Source: Octopus sinensis (lineage: Eukaryota). From it: a DNA stretch of 64,000 nt. Positions 52,048 through 63,822 of the stretch are shown here, piece after piece (the stretch's first letter is position 1; each line of letters opens with the position of its first letter). Below the pieces are notes generated by a model. The model ran no database searches. It saw only the letters and a program-made list of their open reading frames with translations, and had not been told where the DNA came from. The stretch covers positions 1-64,000 of the forward strand of contig NW_021836924.1 of assembly GCF_006345805.1 (NCBI RefSeq), read 5' to 3'. A program made the translations under genes and the position numbers.

Positions 52048-53715
52048 TTATTTTGTTATTTCAAAACAATGACTGGTTTTCATTTCAAATTTCTCTGGCA
52101 GAAAAAGCATATTTTCCAGTTCTTCATGGTTATCGTACGTATATTTCCTTTCATTTCTTGTATAGAATGGTATTTTCAATAGTGGGTTATTTTCTTTAGC
52201 TCCATAGTCAAAATGGGCTGTGCAGATCACGTCTGTCGTCTTGACTATATCCGGGTCTGATCCTTGGTCTCTGCTGTTTATTATTGTTTGGATGGTACCC
52301 TTGATTGTGCCCTCGATATTGCTCTGCATTTTGCTCTCCGATGTGCCCAATATTTTACCCTTGATTGTGCCCTCGATATTGCTCTGCATTTTGCTCTCCG
52401 ATGTGCTCAATATTTTAACATTGATTTTGCCCTCGATCTTTTCTCTTATTCCCGGTGTCTCCGAGATTGTACCATTGATTCTGCCCTGGATATTGCCCTG
52501 CATTTCGCTCTCCGAGGTGTACAAGATTTTAGCATTTATCTCTGCATTTTGCTCTTCGGTGATATCTCTCTGCATTTTGCTCTCCGGTGTGTCCAAGGTT
52601 TTATCATTGATAGTGACCTTCATCTTTTTCAGGACTGCAACGTCATCTCCTGTACCCTCAATTGGGTACAAGATATTTCCCTCCGTATCTCCGAGTTCGA
52701 ATATGCCCGTTACTGTGCCCGTGAATGTGCCCTTGATTTTGTCTGTGACGGTCCCTTTGTATTTAAAAGACCGTTTGATTATATCCTTCAGGGCGTCTTT
52801 GAGATCTTGATTGCCCTTACTATTTAATATCTCCTCCAAAATACTATCTGTAAAATAAGTAAATTCCTCCATTTTTTTGACCCTTTCGAAAATTTTCAGT
52901 TTTTTATGTGCGGATTTCAAAACATCGCCAAGTAGTTTATTAAGCAGGAGAACAGTTTTGTGTTGGTAAGCCGTGTTATGTAGTCGATATCGTGAATAAA
53001 ACATATCATAGAAATTTTTAAGCGTTTTGTCTCTGTAGCATATTTCACCACCTATTACTTTGGACATTTTCATCATTCTTTCGTGATCAAAGGATGTTCC
53101 AATGCCAAGAAAATGGGAATCTCTGGCCAGGTAATCCCATTTATCAACGTCGATGTTATAGTCTGCATTGTTGACGATTTGGTAAAAAAATTTTTTTTTG
53201 TCAGATTTTTCTGGTTTACCAGTAATGAGATCTTTTATGAAACCAATTTCACCAGACTTAAGTTCTCCTTCAAAATGTTGGTTCATTTCAAAAAGATGCT
53301 CTAACATTTCACATGATACATCTTCATGTTCCCACTTTTTACCTCCATTTTCCTTGCGATACTCGTTGATAATTTCTTGAAAGGCATGAGAAAAAGGCGC
53401 ATGTCCTAAATCATGACACAAACCAGCGATTTCAACACACAGTATATCTCGATCAGATATTTCCAGACCGGAATCTTGCTGCTTAAGATGGCGAATCATT
53501 TTCCCAGCTAGATGACATGTTCCCAGACAATGCTCAAATCTATTATGTGAAGCTGATGGATAAACGTAATAACACAAACCTAGTTGTTTGATATTACGTA
53601 ATCTCTGAAATTGTACTGTATTAATAATTTTAACACAGAGTGGTGAAAATTGCATGGATCCATGAATAGCGTCCTGAAAAACCTGATCCGGACGTGTATC
53701 GTTTCCGTTAGCCAT
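52048..53715 (-). CDS. SAMHD1: SAMHD1-like deoxynucleoside triphosphate triphosphohydrolase (HD domain only, intronless, with internal repeat insertion)
   Basis: 555-aa ORF with SAMHD1 motifs: IHG, QFQRLRNIKQLG, SHNRFEH, AGLCHDLGHAPFSH, WEHE, IDVDKWDYLARD, CYRDK, RxxLHxxAYQHK, FTD, FDYGAKENNP..FY and LPEKF. The symbol denotes family membership, not proven orthology. Confidence 0.93.
   Translation of the reverse strand: MANGNDTRPDQVFQDAIHGSMQFSPLCVKIINTVQFQRLRNIKQLGLCYYVYPSASHNRFEHCLGTCHLAGKMIRHLKQQDSGLEISDRDILCVEIAGLCHDLGHAPFSHAFQEIINEYRKENGGKKWEHEDVSCEMLEHLFEMNQHFEGELKSGEIGFIKDLITGKPEKSDKKKFFYQIVNNADYNIDVDKWDYLARDSHFLGIGTSFDHERMMKMSKVIGGEICYRDKTLKNFYDMFYSRYRLHNTAYQHKTVLLLNKLLGDVLKSAHKKLKIFERVKKMEEFTYFTDSILEEILNSKGNQDLKDALKDIIKRSFKYKGTVTDKIKGTFTGTVTGIFELGDTEGNILYPIEGTGDDVAVLKKMKVTINDKTLDTPESKMQRDITEEQNAEINAKILYTSESEMQGNIQGRINGTISETPGIREKIEGKINVKILSTSESKMQSNIEGTIKGKILGTSESKMQSNIEGTIKGTIQTIINSRDQGSDPDIVKTTDVICTAHFDYGAKENNPLLKIPFYTRNERKYTYDNHEELENMLFLPEKFEMKTSHCFEITK
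52230..52760 (-). repeat. Coding tandem repeat inside SAMHD1-like ORF (60-bp/20-aa unit built on a 12-bp G-x-I-x sub-period)
   Basis: Units at 52297-52356 and 52357-52416 differ at one base (KILGTSESKMQSNIEGTIKG); more diverged units follow (KTLDTPESKMQRDI, KILYTSESEMQGNIQG). Confidence 0.9.
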
Positions 53716-54076
53716 TATAAAATTGTTAAGAATATATCTAACTTACATTCACTTTGTCGTTTATGTTGCTGGTGGTCGTTTCGTTGCTGTTGTGTTTGTT
53801 AGTTTCGTAATGTGGAGTAGAAATATAAATTATCCAAATATGTCCAGTTGAATATTTCTAACATATGATTTGAAATGATCTCAGTCGCATTGGCATGAAA
53901 TATCTGGTGTTTCAAATAATATAAGCGATCAGTAAGTGTCTGCGTGGTTGGTAGAAAGAACACGAAATGAACTATGTTGTTTTATGAAAAATCAGCTGAC
54001 GACTACACCCACTTCCTTATAACACAACTTTCACTTTACATCTTCAACATCACTAGCAATAACATTTAATAATATC

Positions 54077-54130
<54 letters not shown>

Positions 54131-54802
54131 CAGCAGCAGCAGCAGCAGTAGTATTCGTCGTCGTCGTCGTCGTCGTAGTAGTAGTAGTAGTAGTAGTAGT
54201 TGTAGTAGTAGTAGTAGTAGTAGAAGTAGTAGTAGTATCACATTCGGATTTAACTACTGCGCAGAAAAGTCCGTTGTTTTCACACATGTATACGCGTGTG
54301 CATGTGTATGTATATGTGTGTGTGTGTGTGTGCATGTGTATGTATGCGTGTGTGTGTGCGTGTGTGTGCGTGTGCGTGTGTGTGTGTGTGAATGAATAGA
54401 TGTATGTAAATGTATGCGCGTAATGTTGGAACGAGGCAAATGTAGTGTCGTTAGCATTTTCTCTAGAATACCAGCAATAACGCCACTCCCCTGAAAAATC
54501 AACAGTGGCAACAAGAACTACAACAACAAAAGTAAAAAAAAAAATCTTACTTTCGTAGACATCAGTTAAGAAACTACGAAATTACAGTAGCAATACCTTT
54601 GGAAAAGGGAACGAATATTATTTTCTGGATTTTGATAAAAGAAATACATGTTCACAGATGACAATGGATTAACTTCCGTAAAATACAATCTTCAGTTACT
54701 TTCATTTTCTTAAAAGACCGCGTAAATATATAACATAAGTTATGGCTTAGACATGGTGTGCTTCATATGGAAGTATATTGAGAAGCCAAACGTCTTCAGA
54801 AA

Positions 54803-55167
54803 TCTCTCTATATAAAAGTGAAGTTGTGTGAGTGTCTGTCTCCTACGATTTAGATTCCTAACTACTCCTACATTTTGCGGTGCAGTTTCATATCGAGCCT
54901 TTCTGGGTATTAGCGCGCGTCTACGATGAGTCTACGATTTTTAAAATAATTTAACATCACTTTTTTTCCATTTTAACGCATATTTTTTAAATAAAGGGAA
55001 GTAACTCTCTAAAAATATCTACGATGAGTCAACGATTTTAAAAAAATTTACCATAATTTTTTTTCCATTTTTAATGCATTTTTTGCTATATTTTGGCTAT
55101 AACTCTCTAAAAATGATTTATAGTTATTTCCCTTACAAACCCGAGCAACGCCGGGCGATACTGCTAG
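54803..55167 (+). mobile_element. Non-autonomous Helitron (complete)
   Basis: A|TC start, cccgagcaacgccggg hairpin, CTAG|T end; empty paralogous site at 59498/59499. Confidence 0.9.
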
Positions 55168-55423
55168 TCTTGATATAAATCTTTTAGATCAGGTGAAATA
55201 TATTTGGTACATATTTGACCTCTACAAACTGACCAATAAATACAAGTAATATAACGAGTTATCTCCTTCAATATAATTACAAGATTAAGGGAGACTATTC
55301 ATTCTGAAGCTTCTCTACTCAAATGTTTTTCTTAGAGAAAATGACAGCAATTTTAAGGAAAGGGTCAAGTCGCTTACATCAACAAAATATGCTCAATTAA
55401 TACTTATTTTATCGAACCTTAAA

Positions 55424-55790
55424 GGGATCTTTTCGGTTTGAACAGCAGTTTTTGCTAGCGGTGTCATATAAATTTGTCACCCATAATTATGACTCTAGTA
55501 TCGATCTATTGTATTTCAATCTATTTTAGGGTTAGGCTTAGGGGTGGGGGGAAGGGTGTCTTTTTTTTTTCAGAAGTGTAAATAAACCCAATCTGTTTCT
55601 TAAACGAGGGACATATTCATACGGCACAGAATGTTTTCACCTCAATAGACGTCACTGATTAGTTGAAATTGCAGAAATTGAAGGAAAAAACAACAAATAT
55701 CTTACAAACTATAGAATTTTCTCAATAAAGCCAAGAGAAAAAGATGTTTTATAAACAGATATGTAAAGCGAAAGAAGTTAAATTAAACAT
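55424..55790. mobile_element. MITE-like element with GGATCTTTTCGGTTTGAAC terminus and TTAGGG-like motifs; related copy 63159-63490 in opposite orientation
   Basis: The internal sequence of the two copies is reverse-complementary and both begin with the same terminal motif. Confidence 0.65.
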
Positions 55791-55799
55791 CCATGTACG

Positions 55800-56147
55800 T
55801 GCGTGCGTGCGTGCGTGTGTGTGTGCGTGTGTGTGTGCGTGTGCGTGTGTGTGTGCGTGTGTGCGTGTGTGTATGTGTGTATGTGTGTGTGTGTGTGTGT
55901 GTGTGTAACCCCTTTTTTTCATTTTTTTAGTATTATCCTTTTGCTTTCCTATATTTTTTACTGGATATTTGATGAAGGAAACCCGTGTACGGCTGACATG
56001 GATTATCTTTGGTGAAATTAAATTTACAGCTACTTTCATTTTCTTAAAAAGAAGACGTAAATGCATAACAGAATGTATGGCTAGGGGATGGCGTGCTTCC
56101 TATAGGAGTATGCTGAAAAGGTAGTAGTAGTAGTAGTAGTAGTAGTA

Positions 56148-56184
<37 letters not shown>

Positions 56185-56478
56185 GGTTTTGTTGTTGTTG
56201 TTTTTGTTGGTGGTGGTGGTTTTGTTGGTGGTTGTGGTTGTGGTGGTGGTGGTGGTTGCGGTGGTGGTTGTGGTGGTGGTGGTAGTAGTAGTAGTAGTGG
56301 TGGTGGTAGTGGTTGTGGTGGCGGTGGTAGTAGTAGTAGGAGTAGTAGTAGTGGTGGTGTTGGTAGTAGTAGTAGTAGGAGTAGTATTAGTGGTGGTGAT
56401 GGTGGTAGTAGTAGTAGTAGTGGTGGTGGTGATGGTGGTGGTTTTGTTGTTATTGTTTTTTTGGTGGTTGTGGTTGTG

Positions 56479-56525
<47 letters not shown>

Positions 56526-56785
56526 GGTAGTGGTGGTGGTGGCGGTGGTAGTAGTAGTAGGAGTTGTACTAGTGGTGGTGATGGTGGTAGTAGTAGTAGT
56601 GGTGGTGGTGGTGGTGGACGTGGTCGTGGTGGTCGTGGTGGTTGTAGTAGTAGTATTAGTAGCCCCAGGAGCAACAGATGCGTCACCGATATTAATTGTA
56701 GTTGTAGTTTATAGTAGCGTGCAATTTTCACTTTAACTACTGCGCAAAAAGTTCGTTGTTTTTACATGTGTATACGTGTGTACGT

Positions 56786-56821
<36 letters not shown>

Positions 56822-57667
56822 AAGTATGTGTGAGCATGTAAATGTACGCGTGTAAAATGTGTGTGGTTATGTGCACCTGTGTGTCCGCGCACTTGCATGC
56901 GCGTGTCTATCGCAAACGATAGATTGTTGAAATATTAGACACTTTTTCTTGGAAGGAAGCAAATTTCGTTAGAATTTCCCGTAGGAATACCAACAGTAAA
57001 GTCACTTCTCCGAAATGGAAAAAAATGATGTTAAATTATTTTTAAATCGTAGACTCATCGTAGACATTTTTAGAGAGTAACTTCCCTTTAAAAAATATGC
57101 ATTAAAATGGAAAAAAATTATGGTAAATTATTTTTTAAATCGTAGACTCATTGTAGACGCGCGCTAATACCCATAAGGGCTCGATATGAATCACGACTAT
57201 AAGATACCCGGTTTTGGTTAAACTGCACCGCAAAATGTGGGAGTAGTTAGGAATCTAAATCGGAGTAGACAGACACACAACCTTACTTTTATATATAAAG
57301 ATTGGAAATGAGTGAGAACCAACGTTATCTTTATATATAAAACTAAAGTTGTGTGTGTGTGTGTTGTGTGTGTGTGTGTGCGTGTGCGTGTGTGTGTGTG
57401 CGTGTGTGTGCGTGTGTGTATGTGTGTATGTGTGTGTGTGTGTGTGTGTGTGTAACCCCTTTTTTTCATTTTTTTAGTATTATCCTTTTGCTTTCCTATA
57501 TTTTTTACTGGATATTTGATGAAGGAAACCCGTGTACGGCTGACATGGATTATCTTTGGTGAAATTAAATTTACAGCTACTTTCATTTTCTTAAAAAGAA
57601 GACGTAAATGCATAACAGAATGTATGGCTAGGGGATGGCGTGCTTCCTATAGGAGTATGCTGAAAAG

Positions 57668-57711
<44 letters not shown>

Positions 57712-58035
57712 TTTGTTGTTGTTGTTTTTGTTGGTGGTGGTGTTGGTGGTAGTTTTGTTGGTGGTTGTGGTGTGGTGGTGGTGGTGGTGGTGGTTGCGGT
57801 GGTGGTTGTGGTGGTGGTGGTAGTAGTAGTAGTAGTGGTGGTGGTAGTGGTTGTGGTGGCGGTGGTAGTAGTAGTAGGAGTAGTAGTAGTGGTGGTGTTG
57901 GTAGTAGTAGTAGTAGGAGTAGTATTAGTGGTGGTGATGGTGGTAGTAGTAGTAGTAGTGGTGGTGGTGATGGTGGTGGTTTTGTTGTTGTTGTTTTTGT
58001 TGGTGGTGGTGGTTTTGTTGTTGTTGTTTTTGTTG

Positions 58036-58085
<50 letters not shown>

Positions 58086-58345
58086 GGTAGTGGTGGTGGT
58101 GGCGGTGGTAGTAGTAGTAGGAGTTGTACTAGTGGTGGTGATGGTGGTAGTAGTAGTAGTGGTGGTGGTGGTGGTGGACGTGGTGGTGGTGGTCGTGGTG
58201 GTTGTAGTAGTAGTATTAGTAGCCCCAGGAGCAACAGATGCGTCACCGATATTAATTGTAGTTGTAGTTTATAGTAGCGTGCAATTTTCACTTTAACTAC
58301 TGCGCAAAAAGTTCGTTGTTTTTACATGTGTATACGTGTGTACGT

Positions 58346-58376
<31 letters not shown>

Positions 58377-58920
58377 AATAAGTATGTGTGAGCATGTAAA
58401 TGTACGCGTGTAAAATGTGTGTGGTTATGTGCACCTGTGTGTCCGCGCACTTGCATGCGCGTGTCTATCGCAAACGATAGATTGTTGAAATATTAGACAC
58501 TTTTTCTTGGAAGGAAGCAAATTTCGTTAGAATTTCCCGTAGGAATACCAACAGTAAAGTCACTTCTCCGAAATGGAAAAAAATGATGTTAAATTATTTT
58601 TAAATCGTAGACTCATCGTAGACATTTTTAGAGAGTAACTTCCCTTTAAAAAATATGCATTAAAATGGAAAAAAATTATGGTAAATTATTTTTTAAATCG
58701 TAGACTCATTGTAGACGCGCGCTAATACCATAAGGGCTCGATATGAATCACGACTAAAAGATACCCGGTTTTGGTTAAACTGCACCGCAAAATGTGGGAG
58801 TAGTTAGGAATCTAAATCGGAGTAGACAGACACACAACCTTACTTTTATATATAAAGATTGGAAATGAGTGAGAACCAACGTTATCTTTATATATAAAAC
58901 TAAAGTTGTGTGTGTGTGTG
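55800..58920. repeat. Near-identical tandem duplication, ~1.55-kb unit x2
   Basis: For example 56701 = 58261 onward and 55906 = 57453 onward; differences are mainly in microsatellite lengths. Confidence 0.92.
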
Positions 58921-59193
58921 TGTCTGTCTACACAGATTTAGATTCCTAACTACTCCCACATTTTGTGGTGCAGTTTAACCAAAAGCAGGTATCTTATAGT
59001 CGTGATTCATATCGAGCCCTTCTGGGTATTAGCGCGCGTCTACGATGAGTCTACGATTTAAAAAAAAATTTACCATGATTTTTCCGCATTTTTAATGATT
59101 TATGCTCGAGTTATATAAAGGAAGTAACTCTCTAAAAATGCTTATACAGTTATTTCCCTTACAAACCCGAGCAACGCCGGGCGATACTGCTAG
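58885..59193 (+). mobile_element. Non-autonomous Helitron (same family as 54803), head-to-head with a truncated minus-strand copy at ~58575-58857
   Basis: A|TC start, hairpin + CTAG|T end. Confidence 0.88.
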
Positions 59194-60004
59194 TATTAAT
59201 ATAAATCTTGTAGTAATTAATTAATCTTGTTTAATGCTTCTTGTGACAATAACTACCTTTCGTAGTCATCAGTTAAGAAAATTCAAAATTAATTTATTAA
59301 TATATTGGAAATGAGTGAGAACCAACGTTATTGTGTCGAAATTAATGAAGGAAAACCCCTGGATAGATGACGTGCATTTGTTTTGATAAAACGGAATTTT
59401 CAGTTACTTTTATGTTCTTAAAAGAACTCGTTACTATATAGCTTAAAGATGTTGACATTCTTATAGAAGTATGGTGAGCAGCTAAACGTCTTCAGAAATC
59501 TCGATATAAATATTTTAGATCAGGTCAGTTATATATGGGACATATTTAACTCCTAACAACTGATCTAAGTGTTTGTTTATTTTACAATAAATATTTTCTC
59601 TTTATTTTACCGTTGTTGTACCGTTGTTCCTTGCACTGGTGAAAAGGGAAAAGAGTGAAGTTTGGTTGAAGATTGCCCGCACATCTCTCTATGTGTTCGC
59701 TCAAATAGTATTTGTTCATATGTAGTGCAGTTCTCCATATAAGGCACACCCTTGTTTGGCCTATATAATTCTGCCCACATTCTGAAGAGTGAGAGAAAGT
59801 TGGGGCGAAAGACTACAACAGGGGTCGCCACCACCCCCTGCCGGAGCCTCGTGGAGCTTTAGGCGTTTTCACTCAACAAACACACACAACGCCTGATGTG
59901 GGAATCGAACCCGCGATCCTCCGACCGTGAGTCCGCTGTCCTAACCACTGGCCATTGCGCCTCCACACACACACACAAACACACACACACATATATATAC
60001 ACAC

Positions 60005-60091
<87 letters not shown>

Positions 60092-60212
60092 ATATATATA
60101 TACATATACTTTATTTAAAAGCAGCAGAAATTTAACAAATGCTGTTACTCGGAGTTAGTTTCACCTTCCCGCTCGTCGGTCAGTTTTGCTAAAACATTTA
60201 TATGTTTACTCC

Positions 60213-60252
<40 letters not shown>

Positions 60253-60263
60253 CATATATATAT

Positions 60264-60308
<45 letters not shown>

Positions 60309-60912
60309 ATACATACATACACATGTATTTACTGGATTCCTCCCGTTTGTTTGATGAGCCATTTTTCTATCATTAATAAAACTTTGGTATGCTAGTATCT
60401 ATATATTACAGTTGGTTGTTGAAATAAGGTATATTTTGCGTCTAAAAGGAAGAAGTGAAAGCAAATGAAGAGTATTAAAAATATCTCTATCTTTTCATCT
60501 CGTATTCAATTCTAGCTTCCGAATGTTATTGTCATTTTCAAAACTATTCAAATACGGAAGAGCATGACTTTGTATCACATTTTTTAACAAATGTTTTTTT
60601 CTCAGTAAGTGGTTCGCAGTAACATAATCACAAAGGATGGGACTCCGACATCGTAGGAAAGCTAAAGAGTCGCAATATGTTTTTCGAAACAGGCGGAAAT
60701 CTCCAACTTATTTGTTTCATTGCTTTCAAACTAGGATACACACATACACACACACACACACACATATGTACGTACGTACGTATGTATGTATGTATGTATG
60801 TATGTATGTATGTATGTATGTATGTATGTATGTATGTATGTATGTATGTATTTATGTATGCATACATGCGTATGTATATATGTATGTATACATACGTACG
60901 TAGACACACACA

Positions 60913-60950
<38 letters not shown>

Positions 60951-60965
60951 CCTATCTATCTTTCT

Positions 60966-61062
<97 letters not shown>

Positions 61063-61579
61063 TTAATTTATCAACCCCGAAAGGATGAAAGGCAAAGTCG
61101 ACCTCGGCGGAATTTGAACTCAGAACGTAGCGGCAGACGAAATACCGCTAATACAAGTGTTGGTAGAAAGAAAAGGATAAAAGAAGGAAAAGAAATAAAA
61201 GAAAAATAAACAGCAAATAGATAGAGGTAAAGAGGGTGATGATTTAGAAGTTGGCATTTCTAAAAAGTATCCAACGAATGCTGGATACTTCGTTCAGCTT
61301 GCAAACGCACACATAGAACGACATGCATATCTACATAAATACAAACATACGTACTAATACACACACATATTGACACGCATACAGATGTACAAATAAAGAT
61401 ATACGTAAATACATATAGATAGACATATCTTCACATCAAGATAAATATATACACCATAACGTATATAGGCATACAAACATATTATAAAAAAAACTGTCTG
61501 GTATGTAAAATATCAAAATAAGGATATTGTGCGATAAATTAATTTAGCATAATTAAATGTAATATAAAATATATATGGG

Positions 61580-61685
61580 CGCCTTTGGCAAGTGTCTTCT
61601 ACTATAACCTCGGGCCGACCAAAGCCTTGTGAGTGGATTTGGTAGACGGAAACTGAAAGAAACGGAAAGAAGCCCCACGTATATA

Positions 61686-61761
<76 letters not shown>

Positions 61762-62420
61762 GTGTGTGTATATGTTTGTGTGTCTGTCCCCGCAACGTCG
61801 CTTGACAACCGATGCTGGTGTGTTTACGTTCCCATAACATAGCGGTTCGCTAAAAGAGATCGATAGAATAAGTACTAGGCTTCCAAAGAATAAATCCCGG
61901 GGTCGATTTGCTCGACTAAAAGGTGGTGCTCCAGCATGGCCGCAGTCAAATGACTGAAACAAGTAAAAGAGAAAGAGTAGAGAGTAAATAAATTTTAAAA
62001 TATAAAATTTGAATATCCTCTTTTACTCTTTTACTTGTTTCAGTCATTTGACTGCGGCCATGCTGGAGCACCGCCTTTAATCGAGCAAATCGACCCCAGG
62101 ACTTATTCTTTGTAAGCCTAGTACTTATTCTATCGGTCTCTTTTGCCGAACCGCTAAGTTACGGGGACGTAAACACACCAACATCGGTTGTCAAGCAATG
62201 CTAGGGGGACAAACACAAACACACACACACACATATATACATATATATATATACATATATACGACAGGCTTCTTTCAGTTTCCGTCTACCAAATCCACTC
62301 ACAGGGCTTTGGTCGGCCCGGGGTTATAGCAGAAGACACTTACCCAAAGTGTCACGCAGTGGGAATGGACCCGGAACCATGTGGTTGGTTAGCAAGCTAC
62401 TTACCACACAGCCACTCCAG
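61580..62420. mobile_element. Two family A SINEs tail-to-tail (61580-61987 +, 62020-62420 -)
   Basis: Consensus match in opposite orientations, ~30 bp apart. Confidence 0.88.
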
Positions 62421-62474
62421 TGTGCCTCTTCTTTCAGGTTTACGCTTTTTACAGACGAGATGTGCATATATTAA

Positions 62475-62705
62475 GGCGGCGAGCTGGCAGAAACGTTAAC
62501 ACGCCGGGCGAAATGCTTCGCAGTATTTCGTCTGCCGCTACGTTCTGAGTTCAAATTCCGCCGAGGTTCACTTTGCCTTTCATCCTTTCGGGGTCGATTA
62601 AATAAGTACCAGTAACTCTCTGGGGTCGATATAATCGACTTAATCCGTTTGTCTGTCCTTGTTTGCCCTGTCTGTGTTTAGCCCCTTGTGGGTAGTAAAG
62701 AAATA
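62475..62705 (+). mobile_element. SINE family B copy
   Basis: Family B consensus match. Confidence 0.9.
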
Positions 62706-62728
62706 GAAATAGATATGTGCATATATAT

Positions 62729-62801
<73 letters not shown>

Positions 62802-63822
62802 TACATATATACGTATATAAATATTCAGTTGTAGTGGATAATATAAGAGGGAAAATCCACAGAATGTATATATCTTTCATGAGATGAAATATTTACGTAG
62901 TCAACCAGTTTCGCAGGTTTCATAATTTCATGAGTTGTAAGAAAGTTGATTCGTAAATGGAAGGGAGGTAATAAGTGTTTGTTACTGTTATAGGCAGGGG
63001 AGGTAATAAGTGTTTGTTACTATAATAGGCAGGGGAGGTAATTAATTTTCGTGGTGGGGAAGTGAAATGATAGTATTTACTTTACGAAATAATAAAATTA
63101 TGAATTAAAATATTTACAAAATTGATTACATGCTCAATATATAATATATACATTTTATGGATCTTTTCGGTTTGAACGGCAGTTTTTAACATAATTTCTT
63201 GGTAACTAAGAAATTTTAAACTTCGTATACTGGTTGGATGTGTTTATAAAACATCTTTTCTCTTGGTTTTATTGAGAAAACTCTATTGTTTGTAAGATAT
63301 TTGTTGTTGTTTTTTTTTTTTCAATTTCTGCAATTTCAACCAATCAATGAGGTCTATTGAGGTGAAAACATTCTGTGCCGTATGAATATGTCCCTCGTTT
63401 AGAAAACAGATTGGGTTTATTTACATTTCTGACGAAAAAACATACCCCTCCAACTAACCCTAACCCTAAAACAGATTGAAATGATACATCCTTAAGACAT
63501 TTATTGGATGGCCGTTGACTCTCAAGAGTTCCTCCGCCCTTTGACAGGTTTTGTTTTTCATCCCGCAGGGTGTCCAATAAAAACCCTCCTCACCAAGCAA
63601 GCTTGGTGGGGTTTCCGGTTTAGTCGCCGACGACCCAACCATGCGACAGGTTGTACTCGGTTACATGTTACCAGTAGCACTCATATACATACATACAAAC
63701 ATACATACATACATACATACATACATACATACATACATACATACATACATACATACAGCTGTCCTAAAATGTCGTCACGTTACTGCCTCCCTATGCGGCA
63801 CGATGTTGTCACTAAAACAATT

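Noticed and set aside
52220-52827. Two antisense ORFs (196 aa, 187 aa) over the SAMHD1 insert
   Set aside because: They coincide with the tandem repeat, which lacks stops in several frames; no independent coding signal.
56174-58296. Gly/Ser-rich, poly-Val and poly-Pro ORFs
   Set aside because: (GTA/GTG)n microsatellites within the duplicated unit.
63450-63470. CTAACCCTAACCCTAA telomere-like motif
   Set aside because: Only 2-3 units, internal to a MITE-like repeat also seen at ~55525; not an interstitial telomere array.
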